Source: Pseudooceanicola sp.
GTDB lineage: Bacteria > Pseudomonadota > Alphaproteobacteria > Rhodobacterales > Rhodobacteraceae
Direction: 5' to 3'
Assembly (NCBI GenBank): GCA_050633485.1
Contig: JBOEGP010000026.1
Coordinates: 39,747-103,746, forward strand
Length of the DNA: 64,000 bases
Part shown: piece by piece, positions 20,314 through 30,032 of the stretch
Layout: each line of letters opens with the position of its first letter
Numbering within the stretch: position 1 is the stretch's first letter
Made by a program: the position numbers and the translations under genes
The notes under the pieces: generated by a model
Told to the model about the DNA's origin: nothing
The model's input: the letters and a program-made list of their open reading frames with translations, nothing else
The model's database searches: none

Positions 20314-22030
20314 TCCGATAGGCGGTAACATCCCCCGTGGTCGTCGCCCCGGCGGAAACGCCAAATTCCAGAACATCGCCCTTGCGCAGGTGCACGCCTG
20401 ATTTGTCATAGGTGAAATCATGTTTCACCGGCACTTGGATCAATGCCGTGTCATTGCGCCGGATCGTGACGGTTATGCCATCCAGACTCCTCTCAGCCGG
20501 GGCAAAGCGGGCATTGATTGCGACACGCATGTCCTGCGGCGCCGTATAGGTATGCACAATCTCACCGCGCGGATCATTGCCGCCCGTGACCAGCGTGTCC
20601 GATAGAACCCGCACGCCGGGATCACCGGGAATGCCCAGCCATGGTGTCCATGGCCGCCCAGGCCCACCCTGCCCCGGCATCGTGATCAGCGCGCTGACCT
20701 CTCCATCGACGCGATACCCCCGATCAAAACCTTGTGCGGCTGGCATCGCGCGCGCGGGTCCCGGCGGGGAAACGGGCGCGGGCGCGGACGGATCACTGCC
20801 CCGCGCTTCGGACGGATAGGCGAATTGGTGAAAACTGTCGGCAAGGACGGTCTGCGCGGCCAAAGCGTAATCGCCATCGCGCAGCGCACCATCGCGCGCC
20901 ATCAGGATGAGAGGGGCCGTTTCGGAAAGCCGGAAGCGCGCCCCATCCAACACCTGCCCCGTTGCGCTGCGCACCTCGACCCGGTCGCGGGCCACAGACA
21001 CGTCGCGCGCCATGCCCCATATCACCAGAATGCGGTCCTGGAACATGCAGGCATAGGTGAAATCATCGGGCGACGCATCGCGCACCACGCGCCCCTCAAG
21101 CTGGGTCAAAACAAAGCCATAGGCCTGACCGGCGGATGTGACCCCCAGATCCGGGGCGATCAGCGGCACATATCCATCCCCCCGGTCGTTCAACGGATAC
21201 CACGCCAATCGGGTGACGCCGGACAATGCCATCTGGCAATAGCCCCGCACAAAATCATTTGCCGCCGCCCCCGCCGATTTGGACCCGAATTCGGTGATTT
21301 CGACAGGCATATCCGCCAGTCCCGGCACATCACGCAGCACGGCAATCTGGCGCGCCAAATGGTCAATCGGTGTTGAATAGGGATGCACGGCAATGGCATC
21401 CATCCAGTCCGCCGCGCCAAGGGCCAGCATATCCCTGATGTAGCCCGTGGGAATGGAATGCACGCCGCCGCCGATAATGCGCACATCCGGGCGCACCGCC
21501 TTGGTCTGTTCATAGACTGACCGCAACAGGGCGACATACCCCTTCGCCCGCGCCCCTAGCCCTTGATCCAGCAATGGGCCTGTCACGAAATTCTGACCAT
21601 TGAATTCATTGCCAACCTCGACCCCGGTGATCGCCGGAAACCGGGCTGCGACATGTGCGGCGTGGCGGCCAAAAGCCTTGACGGCCACGTCGCCAAGTGG
21701 CGTTGCACCATCTTCATAGGCGGGGTGGCCATTGTTCACTGTCAGGCTCATCTGCGCACCACTTGGGGGCAGCGCGTCGGGATAGGTCGTGGTCGGGCGG
21801 TCATAGACAAAACCGCCATCGCCCTGTTCGACCCGATCCCAATAGAGCGCATCGCGCAGATCACGCACCCCAAGACGGATCGCTGCATCAAGCATGCCCT
21901 GTGACATGCCCTGACCAAAATTTGATGCCGCGGCCAGACGCGGGCCGCGCAGATCGCCCGCCAACACCGCGGGTGCCGGCGCCGTGACGGCAAAGCCAAC
22001 GGCCACCAAAGCCCAGCCTTTCCAACCCAT
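20291..22030 (-). CDS. Secreted clan GH-A glycoside hydrolase (GH5/GH39-like) with C-terminal beta-domain
   Basis: Signal peptide; EVGNEFN acid/base, AVHPY, EITEFG nucleophile; start uncertain (22030, 22045 or 22093). Confidence 0.8.
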   Translation of the reverse strand: MGWKGWALVAVGFAVTAPAPAVLAGDLRGPRLAAASNFGQGMSQGMLDAAIRLGVRDLRDALYWDRVEQGDGGFVYDRPTTTYPDALPPSGAQMSLTVNNGHPAYEDGATPLGDVAVKAFGRHAAHVAARFPAITGVEVGNEFNGQNFVTGPLLDQGLGARAKGYVALLRSVYEQTKAVRPDVRIIGGGVHSIPTGYIRDMLALGAADWMDAIAVHPYSTPIDHLARQIAVLRDVPGLADMPVEITEFGSKSAGAAANDFVRGYCQMALSGVTRLAWYPLNDRGDGYVPLIAPDLGVTSAGQAYGFVLTQLEGRVVRDASPDDFTYACMFQDRILVIWGMARDVSVARDRVEVRSATGQVLDGARFRLSETAPLILMARDGALRDGDYALAAQTVLADSFHQFAYPSEARGSDPSAPAPVSPPGPARAMPAAQGFDRGYRVDGEVSALITMPGQGGPGRPWTPWLGIPGDPGVRVLSDTLVTGGNDPRGEIVHTYTAPQDMRVAINARFAPAERSLDGITVTIRRNDTALIQVPVKHDFTYDKSGVHLRKGDVLEFGVSAGATTTGDVTAYRITLTQVP

Positions 22031-22282
22031 GCCGCCTGCCCCCATGGCCTGTGCCCCCCACCTTTTTCCAACCGACGTGCGGATGCCGACCAAACCACAA
22101 ACACCCGCCCCCAGATTGGCGCGATGCCGGCCAAGTCACAAGGGATGCCCCCCGGGATTGTCGCCGGTTAAGGGACAAAGCACGGGAACACCCCCGACCG
22201 CCATTCAGGACGCGCACAATCCCATAAGATTTCCGGCCACGCGCCCTTGACGACACGGGGCATGTTAGCGCCAAAAAGGCAG

Positions 22283-23767
22283 ATGGAAATCGTAGCCAGT
22301 TCCTTACTCGCCTTCGTTGTGATCCTGGCGCTTGGCGTGACGGGGCCATTTCGTGGTCTTGCATTGTTCTTTGCGATGACGCCCTTCGGCGCGGCGGCCG
22401 CGTTCAACCTGCCCGCTGTTGGCGGGGCATCCATCCTTGTAACCGATGTCGCGGCGGTGGCGATGTTTGCTCTTGTTGCCCTGCACCGTGGCGGCGTGGG
22501 CATGATCGCCGGATCCATGCGCATCGGACAACCGGGGTTCTGGCTGTTGCTTTTGACTGTGTTCGCGATCTTTGCGACACTGATGTTCCCGGCGGTTTTT
22601 CGCGGCCAGACCGAAGTTTTCAGTATCGCGCGCAAAGCCAACGAAACCGGCATCGTGTCGGTCCCCTTGCGCCCCAGCACCGGCAACCTGACCCAACTGT
22701 TCCGAATGATGCTGGGCGTCGCCATCTTTTTCGCTGTCGCAACCGTGTTCCGCATCCGCCCCGATGGCAAAATGATCGTCAAAGCCATCGCCATTGCCAC
22801 CGTCGTGAACGCAACCCTTGGGTGGTTGGATGTCGCGACCTATGCGATCGGGATGCCACAGCTTTTGGAACCCATCCGAAGCGCGAATTACGCGATGCTT
22901 TATGATGTGCGCATGGTCGGGTTGAAACGCATGATCGGCGGCTATCCCGAGGCAAGCAGCTTTGGCTATTATTCTTTGGGCCTGTTTGGATTCTGGCTTC
23001 AGTACTGGTTCGCCACACCCAAATCCCGCATGGGAACGATCATGCTGATCCTGTCGGGCGTCGCGGTCCTTAGGTCCACCTCATCGGCATCCTATGTGGC
23101 CTTTGTGGCCTTTTTGATCACCATGGCACTGATCGCGCTGATTGCGAATTTGCGTGGGCGCGTCAACCGGCGGGGCATGGCCATTGCCGCGGGCGGTCTG
23201 TTGGTTGCCTGGATGATGGCCCTGGTGTTGTTCATGGCCTATGAATTCGTGACCCCTGTTTCCAACTTTCTGGATCGCGCACTTTTCAACAAACTGGATG
23301 GCCAGTCGGGCATGGAACGCATGGGCTGGAATGCGCAGGCCTTTGTCAATTTCCTGGAAACCAAGGGCATGGGCGCGGGGCTGGGATCCGTGCGGGCATC
23401 AAGTTGGCTGATGGCGACCCTGGCCAGCCTTGGGGTGATCGGCACCGCGCTTTACGCCATGTTCATCGCTTCGGTCATGATTGCGCCGGGCACGCAAAAA
23501 GGCACACCCGTGCAATCGGCAACGATCAAATCGCTGCGCGCCGCCTGCCTTGCCTTGCTGATTTCCGCATCTCTTACCGGGGCAACGCCGGACCTTGGCG
23601 TGACGTTCTTTGCCTTTGCCGGACTGGCCGCCGGATTGGCCCGCGGTGCGATTCTTGCCCGCGCGCAATCGGGCACTGGGCGGCGCGCGCAATCACACCG
23701 GCCCACCGGGATGCGCGACAATCCGCCGACCCACGAGGGATTGTTAACAAGCGAGGGACCAAATTAG
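22283..23767 (+). CDS. Polytopic membrane protein, probable Wzy polymerase / O-antigen-ligase-like
   Basis: About 12 TM segments; R..GGYPEASS, STSSASY and GAGLGSVRASS motifs; directly upstream of wzc. Confidence 0.7.
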   Translation: MEIVASSLLAFVVILALGVTGPFRGLALFFAMTPFGAAAAFNLPAVGGASILVTDVAAVAMFALVALHRGGVGMIAGSMRIGQPGFWLLLLTVFAIFATLMFPAVFRGQTEVFSIARKANETGIVSVPLRPSTGNLTQLFRMMLGVAIFFAVATVFRIRPDGKMIVKAIAIATVVNATLGWLDVATYAIGMPQLLEPIRSANYAMLYDVRMVGLKRMIGGYPEASSFGYYSLGLFGFWLQYWFATPKSRMGTIMLILSGVAVLRSTSSASYVAFVAFLITMALIALIANLRGRVNRRGMAIAAGGLLVAWMMALVLFMAYEFVTPVSNFLDRALFNKLDGQSGMERMGWNAQAFVNFLETKGMGAGLGSVRASSWLMATLASLGVIGTALYAMFIASVMIAPGTQKGTPVQSATIKSLRAACLALLISASLTGATPDLGVTFFAFAGLAAGLARGAILARAQSGTGRRAQSHRPTGMRDNPPTHEGLLTSEGPN

Positions 23768-23959
23768 TCCATTTTTGTCAATAATTTGGGCCAAGCTTGA
23801 CGGATGGCACCCTGTCTCGCGATAGTGTTTTGACCGTGTGTGCAATTAGGCCCATCTAAACAACAACAGCCCCGGACATTGCGCGTTTATTGCCGCGATG
23901 ACATCCGGATTTGAACAAAACCTTTTCGGCGACGTCCCCATCACCGGCGGCGCGCATCA

Positions 23960-26227
23960 ATGGCAAAGAATTCGGAACGGACCGTGACAATGGTAGCAAA
24001 CATGACCGATGCCTTCGAACGGGGCCCTTTGCCCGGGCGACGGGCCTCGGGAAATGACGGGGACGGAGATTCCGTTGACCTGCGCGAATTGTTCCGCGGC
24101 ATCTGGCAGGACAAATACATCATCCTTGCCTCGACCATATTCTGTGGGATCATGGCGGCGCTTTTGGTGTCACAGGTGACCCCGCGCTATTCATCCCTTG
24201 CCCAGGTTCTTTTGGACCCGCGCGAACGCCGGGTTATCACCAACGAACAGGTGGTGTCCGACCTAAAGCTAAGCGATCAGGTGATGGCCAGCGAATTGTC
24301 GATTATGCGGTCGAACGTTCTGATGCAGGCGGTCATCGCAGAAATCGACCAGGCGCAGCCCGGTGCGCTTGACGCGATTGATCCGATCTTGCGGGAACCG
24401 ACCCAGGTCGATCTGGCCAAGGCCTATGTCAAAACACTGCTGAAAACCAAATTGGGGCTTGGGGGGGGTGATGAACCCCTGTCCGACGACATTTTGACAA
24501 GCGCGCGGGTGGAACGCCTGACCTGGGCGATCCGGCGCGGTGTCGATCTGTGGCGCGATGGCGATGCCTATGTGATCACCATTCTGGCGGAAACCGAAGA
24601 CCCCGAACTGTCCACCCTGCTGGCCGGGACAATCGCGGATCAATATGTGCGCCAACAACTTGAAGGGCGCCGCCTTTCGGCCACCCAGGCGGCCGACTGG
24701 TTGGAAAAACGGGTCGAGGAATTGCGCCAACAGGTGGAAATTGCCGAAGACGCGGTCGAAGATTACCGCGCCCGCAGCCTTGAGGACAACGGCAGCAGCT
24801 TTGACATCATCACCCAGCGGATGGTCAGCCTGAATGACGAATTGGTCAACGCACGGGTGGAACGTGTCGCCGCTGAATCCCGCTATAACGAGATTGAGCG
24901 CCTGATCCGCGACAGCGGGTTCGAAGCGCTCGGCTCAATGATCACATCGGAAACGATCGAGGATCTGAATGCGCGGCGGTTGGCCATCAAGGCATCGGAT
25001 GCGCAATGGGCCGAACGGTTCGGTGACAATCACCCGGAACGCAAACGGTTGAACAGCCAGTTGGCCGAAGTTGACCGCGCCCTTGTGGCGGAATTCCAGC
25101 GCGCGCTGGATGCACAACGCAACGATGTCCAGATCGCACGCATTCGCGAACAAACCATGCGCGACAGCCTGGACGAAGCCGAACGTCAGTTCCTGTCGAT
25201 CTCGCGCAGCTCAATCGGGCTGCGTCAGTTGGAACGCGAAGCCGAAGCGGCGCGCAACATGTACACCGATCTGTTGAACCGATACGCAGAAACCCGCACG
25301 CAAGAACAGCTTCAACAGGCCGATGCGCGAATTATCGAACGCGCCACCCTGCCCGGTGCCCCATCCGCACCACGCCCGAAACTGATGACCATGCTGGGGC
25401 TGATGATCGGGGCGGCGTTCGGGTTTGCATTCGTGGTGTTCCGTCAGCTGACAAACACGACATACCGCACCCTTTCGGAACTGGTTCATGACACCGGCCT
25501 GCCGGTCCTGTCGGCCATTCCCGAACGCAAATGGCACAACCTTGGTGCCGCGATCGAAGAGGTGGATTCCGACACTTTGGGCCAGGTCGCCGAAGGCGTG
25601 CGCAAGTTGCGCAATGAATTGTCCATTGGCGATGACGATTCCGAAGCACAGACAATCGCGCTGTTGTCCCCGCTTCAGGACGAAGGCAAAACAACCACCA
25701 CGGTTCTACTGGCGCGTCTGGCGGAAATGGCCAACAAGCTGGTCATCGTCGTTGATTGTGATTTCCGCCAGAATTCGATCCAGTCTGAATACCGGTTCCA
25801 GATGGAACATGACTTTGGCGACCTGATCCGGGGCGATTGTTCCCTGCTTGAGGCAGTGAATTCCGACACCGGACTTGGGTTTGATCTGTTGGCCGCGCGC
25901 GCCCCCCAACCCGAGGCCGCCGATTTGCTGACCACCGGGTGGCTCAAATCGATGCTGGATGATCTGAAATCCTATTATGACGTGGTTCTGGTGAACTGCC
26001 CCGCGGTCCTTCCTGTTGCCGAAACCATGGTGCTGGCACGCGCGGTTGATCAGCGCGTTTTGTTGGTGCGCCATGCGGCCACATCGAAATCTGCCGTCAA
26101 ACGGTGCCTGGGAATGCTGGATCACAACAGGCTGGATGTGACAGGGTCGGTCTTGACACGGGTCGAAGGCGACCTGGCCCTGGAAGGGTATCGCTACAGC
26201 TATGGTTATCACGAACAATCGGCCTGA
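23960..26227 (+). CDS. wzc: Polysaccharide co-polymerase / BY-kinase (Wzc/GumC/ExoP-like)
   Basis: Wzz N-terminus (VDLRELF..TPRYSS), periplasmic coiled coil, PSAPRP-TM, Walker A EGKTT, C-terminal YRYSYGY. Confidence 0.9.
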   Translation: MAKNSERTVTMVANMTDAFERGPLPGRRASGNDGDGDSVDLRELFRGIWQDKYIILASTIFCGIMAALLVSQVTPRYSSLAQVLLDPRERRVITNEQVVSDLKLSDQVMASELSIMRSNVLMQAVIAEIDQAQPGALDAIDPILREPTQVDLAKAYVKTLLKTKLGLGGGDEPLSDDILTSARVERLTWAIRRGVDLWRDGDAYVITILAETEDPELSTLLAGTIADQYVRQQLEGRRLSATQAADWLEKRVEELRQQVEIAEDAVEDYRARSLEDNGSSFDIITQRMVSLNDELVNARVERVAAESRYNEIERLIRDSGFEALGSMITSETIEDLNARRLAIKASDAQWAERFGDNHPERKRLNSQLAEVDRALVAEFQRALDAQRNDVQIARIREQTMRDSLDEAERQFLSISRSSIGLRQLEREAEAARNMYTDLLNRYAETRTQEQLQQADARIIERATLPGAPSAPRPKLMTMLGLMIGAAFGFAFVVFRQLTNTTYRTLSELVHDTGLPVLSAIPERKWHNLGAAIEEVDSDTLGQVAEGVRKLRNELSIGDDDSEAQTIALLSPLQDEGKTTTTVLLARLAEMANKLVIVVDCDFRQNSIQSEYRFQMEHDFGDLIRGDCSLLEAVNSDTGLGFDLLAARAPQPEAADLLTTGWLKSMLDDLKSYYDVVLVNCPAVLPVAETMVLARAVDQRVLLVRHAATSKSAVKRCLGMLDHNRLDVTGSVLTRVEGDLALEGYRYSYGYHEQSA

Positions 26228-26231
26228 TCAG

Positions 26232-27389
26232 ATGCCAGATTCTGACACGTCCGCGCCACGCGTTGCGCTGATCCATTATTGGTTGGTGGGCATGCGCGGC
26301 GGCGAAAAGGTGCTTGAGGCGCTGTGCCGGATGTATCCGCAGGCCGACATTTACACCCATGTCTATGCCCCCGATCAGATCAGCGACACGATCAATGCGC
26401 ACCGGGTGATCGAAACCTCGGTCGGGCGGTTGCCGTTCGCACGGCGCATGTACCAATCCTACCTGCCCTTCATGCCCCGCGCCCTGGAGGAGATTGACCT
26501 GACCGGTTATGACCTTGTTATCTCAAGCGAATCCGGCCCGGCCAAGGGTGTCGTTGTGCCGCCGGATGCCTATCATCTGTGCTATTGCCATTCCCCAATG
26601 CGCTATGTCTGGGATCAGTATCACGTTTATATGAAATCCGCCGGGCGGTTGTCCCGGCTGGTGCTGCCGCATGTGGCGCACAAGTTGCGTGGCTGGGATG
26701 TGACAAGCGCGGCGCGGGTTGATGCCTTTGCCGCCAATTCCAATCATGTTGCCGCGCGCATCGCCAAATACTGGCGGCGCGATGCGACGGTTGTCGCCCC
26801 GCCTGTTGATCTGGATGCCTTTTCGCCCGTTGCGCCGGATCAGGTGGGGGATTTCTATCTGTGGGCGGGGGAACTGGCCGGCTACAAACGCCCCGATCTG
26901 TTGATCGAGGCCTTTAACCGCCTTGGCCTTCCGCTTGTCGTGATTGGCGGCCCCGACAAGGCGCGCGCGGGTCTGGAACGCGACGCAGCCGACAACATCA
27001 CCTTTCTGGGCCGCGCGCCGTTTGACGTGCTGCGCGATCATCTGGCCCGCTGCAAGGCGCTGGTGTTTCCCGGAGAAGAGGATTTCGGCATTGTCCCGGT
27101 CGAAGCGATGGCATCGGGCCGCCCGGTGATCGCCTATGATCGCGGCGGCGCGCGTGACACGGTGGTAAATGGCAAGACCGGTTTGCTGTTTCAGGATCAA
27201 TCCGTCGCCGGCCTGATCGCGGCCATTCAACATTTCGAAGATCAGCGCCTTGATCAACTTGACCCATCCGCATTGACCACCCATGCCAACCGGTTCAGCG
27301 AAGCCGCCTTTCGCACAGGCATAGAAGGCATGTTGCCCGCCCATCTGCGCCCCGCGCCGAACGCGGCTATTCGTCGTCCGGCAGAATAG
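26232..27389 (+). CDS. Glycosyltransferase family 4 (WbaZ-like mannosyltransferase type)
   Basis: HYWLVGMRGGEKV, YCHSPMRY, EDFGIVPVEAMASG. Confidence 0.92.
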   Translation: MPDSDTSAPRVALIHYWLVGMRGGEKVLEALCRMYPQADIYTHVYAPDQISDTINAHRVIETSVGRLPFARRMYQSYLPFMPRALEEIDLTGYDLVISSESGPAKGVVVPPDAYHLCYCHSPMRYVWDQYHVYMKSAGRLSRLVLPHVAHKLRGWDVTSAARVDAFAANSNHVAARIAKYWRRDATVVAPPVDLDAFSPVAPDQVGDFYLWAGELAGYKRPDLLIEAFNRLGLPLVVIGGPDKARAGLERDAADNITFLGRAPFDVLRDHLARCKALVFPGEEDFGIVPVEAMASGRPVIAYDRGGARDTVVNGKTGLLFQDQSVAGLIAAIQHFEDQRLDQLDPSALTTHANRFSEAAFRTGIEGMLPAHLRPAPNAAIRRPAE

Positions 27390-29169
27390 ACAGCACAACC
27401 CGCGAAGGCGTGGCAGGTCCCTGATGCACCGTGATCTCTGCCTTTTGCGGATCGGATTCCGCATAAGGATCACCGCCCCCGTTCATATTACGCGCAAGGC
27501 GGGGAAAACTTGACCCGGCCACATGCAGACGCAGGCGGTGGCCCGCAGGCACCTGATAGGCGATGTCGCGCAGGATCACCCGCACCTCATACACGTCACC
27601 CGGCGTCATCAATCTGGGTTGGCCAACCCCGTCGCGATACCGCAGGCGCAATGCCCCTTCCTGAATCATCAGAGATCGACCGGCGGGATCCACATCCGTC
27701 AGGCGCAGGATCAGATCGGTGTCGGGAACGTCGCTGGACACATGCAGGATGGCCGTGACAGGACCAGCCAATCGCAACGGGCCATCCAGCCGCGGCCCAG
27801 TCATGATCGCCAGATCATCGCGCCCCTCAATCGGATTTTGAAACAACGGCCCTGCGCGCAGGTCCGGATCACCGGTGCAGCAGATATTGCCGCCAAGTGT
27901 TGGCACCGGGTCGGCCGGATCCGATACAAACCGGGTCGTGCCCGCCGTCGCCGGCGGCACGGATGCCAACCCATCGTCCGACAGATAAAGCACGTGGGGA
28001 CGCGCCGCCCTGGGGGGCCATTGATCGGCGTCATACCAACGGTCTTCGCCCAGCATGTAATACAACACAGGCGGCAAATCCGGCGCGGGCGCGCCTTTCA
28101 GGTGATGATCCATGACGCGCAGCGACAGCGCCTCAATATCGCGGGCGTTGTCCGAGTTTACGGCCATGTCCCCGACGCCGCCATTGGCAAAGGCCGCACC
28201 CAGATCACAATGCAATCCCGGCAGGATCACAACATGGCCCTGCGCCCCGGTTCTGCGCATGTGATCGGCCATTTGCAGGGTTTCACGCGCGCCGTCATAC
28301 CACCCGTCAACAAACAGAAACGGGGTTTCGAACTGATCGCGTTCCGTCACAAACCCCGCATCGGCCCAGTATTCCGCATCCCCGAAATGGTCCATAAACG
28401 CGCGGAAATCGGTGGGATCATCGCGAAACCGGGCAACCGCATCGCGCGCGGGCAAGGTCGATAACCCGGCCGGGTAATCCACCGCCGGTTTGCCCATTTT
28501 ATCCGCCGTTTTGCCCCCTGCGGCGACAAACCAGCCAAACCCCGAGGCTAGGTTGAATATCCCGCCTTCGAAAAATCCGAAATACCCATGCGATCCGCCC
28601 AAGGATCCGATCGCCCCGCCCGCCCCCATGGGGATCATCGCGGCGTGGTTCGGGTGGCGGGCCTTGCCCAGTATCACCTGGGTTTCGCCAAGCGCGGAAC
28701 AGCCAATGGTGCCCACCTGTCCGTTTGACCAGCCCTGTGCGGCGATCCAATCCAGCGTGGCGGCGCCATCACCCTGCGCATTTGGATACGGGGCAAATTC
28801 GCCTTGGCTGGCATAGCGGCCGCGCATGTCCTGTACCACCACGCCATACCCGGCAGGCAGAAATATCCGCATCCATTTGCGCACTTCGCCAAACCGGCGT
28901 TTGCCATAGGGCAGACGCATCAGGATGATCGGGACCGGGGCTTTGGCCGTGTCCGGCAGATAAATATCGCTCGCCAGCCGCACCCCGTCGGGCATGGCGA
29001 TCTGAACCTCGGGCAATTGCGTGACGTTGGGCAGGGTGGCGACGAACCTGCGGTGATCCCACGCCGCCTTACCCGCGCGCAGAATGTCGGTGACCGCCGA
29101 GCGTTGCCAAAAAACGCTCAGCACCACCAACAGGACCAATGACAGCCCCAAAAGCCACATCCATTTCAT
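27367..29169 (-). CDS. CocE/NonD family serine hydrolase with N-terminal membrane anchor
   Basis: MPDGVRLASDIYLP, RLPYGK, QDMRGRYASQG, GCSALG nucleophile, GWYD, GSSFPR. Confidence 0.9.
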   Translation of the reverse strand: MKWMWLLGLSLVLLVVLSVFWQRSAVTDILRAGKAAWDHRRFVATLPNVTQLPEVQIAMPDGVRLASDIYLPDTAKAPVPIILMRLPYGKRRFGEVRKWMRIFLPAGYGVVVQDMRGRYASQGEFAPYPNAQGDGAATLDWIAAQGWSNGQVGTIGCSALGETQVILGKARHPNHAAMIPMGAGGAIGSLGGSHGYFGFFEGGIFNLASGFGWFVAAGGKTADKMGKPAVDYPAGLSTLPARDAVARFRDDPTDFRAFMDHFGDAEYWADAGFVTERDQFETPFLFVDGWYDGARETLQMADHMRRTGAQGHVVILPGLHCDLGAAFANGGVGDMAVNSDNARDIEALSLRVMDHHLKGAPAPDLPPVLYYMLGEDRWYDADQWPPRAARPHVLYLSDDGLASVPPATAGTTRFVSDPADPVPTLGGNICCTGDPDLRAGPLFQNPIEGRDDLAIMTGPRLDGPLRLAGPVTAILHVSSDVPDTDLILRLTDVDPAGRSLMIQEGALRLRYRDGVGQPRLMTPGDVYEVRVILRDIAYQVPAGHRLRLHVAGSSFPRLARNMNGGGDPYAESDPQKAEITVHQGPATPSRVVLSILPDDE

Positions 29170-29252
29170 CGCGACCCCCACATATGCGCCCGCCCACTCG
29201 ACCGCGGGCACAACAGCAGTCTAACCTTAGACAGCACTCCAAGGGAGGGGGC

Positions 29253-30032
29253 ATGTCAGTCAATATCGCGCTTCATCTCTGGTCGTTGACCGGGCCACCC
29301 GCCGAAGAGGCCCGCCTTGCCGCCCATTTGTCTGGCGACGAAGCGGCACGGGCCGCGCGATTTGTCCATGACCGTGACAGGCGCGCCTATCGATTCGGGC
29401 GCGGACGACTGCGCGAAATCCTTGGGGCGGTAACCGGCATCGCACCCAAGGGCCTGACCTTTGACTATGGCAGCCATGGCAAACCCGAACTGCGCGAAGG
29501 GCCGCAATTCAACCTAAGCCATTCCGGTGGCATCGCCTGCCTTGCCATTCACCCCGACATCGTTCTGGGCGTGGACATCGAAGCATTCCGCCCGATCGAA
29601 GACGGCGTTGCCCAACGTTTTTTCACACCCCACGAATATGCCACCCTGTCCGCCCTGCCCCAAGCCAGCTGGTCCGATGGGTTTTTCCGCTGCTGGACCC
29701 GCAAAGAGGCCGTGGTAAAGGCCATCGGTAACGGCCTGTCGATCCCGCTGGATGCGTTTGACGTGACCCTGTCACCGAACCATGCGCCCCGCATGACCCG
29801 CCTGCGACCGACCCACGGTCGCCTGGCGGATTGGTCGCTGGTGCATTTTGACCTGCGCCGGGACCCCAATGTTGCACAAGCGCCGGATCCCAAGGGTGAA
29901 TTGGCGGGCGACATTCGCCACCCACAGGCACCGGGAATGGTCGGGGCCCTTGCCGCCGCCACCGGCGGCGCGCCAATCACGATCACCGTAGAAACCTGTC
30001 CGGCTGCCTTGGATTTTGACTGGTCGGTTTAG
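29253..30032 (+). CDS. Sfp-type 4'-phosphopantetheinyl transferase
   Basis: GKP, FNLSHSG, LGVDIE, WTRKEAVVKA; GGAGG RBS. Confidence 0.95.
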   Translation: MSVNIALHLWSLTGPPAEEARLAAHLSGDEAARAARFVHDRDRRAYRFGRGRLREILGAVTGIAPKGLTFDYGSHGKPELREGPQFNLSHSGGIACLAIHPDIVLGVDIEAFRPIEDGVAQRFFTPHEYATLSALPQASWSDGFFRCWTRKEAVVKAIGNGLSIPLDAFDVTLSPNHAPRMTRLRPTHGRLADWSLVHFDLRRDPNVAQAPDPKGELAGDIRHPQAPGMVGALAAATGGAPITITVETCPAALDFDWSV

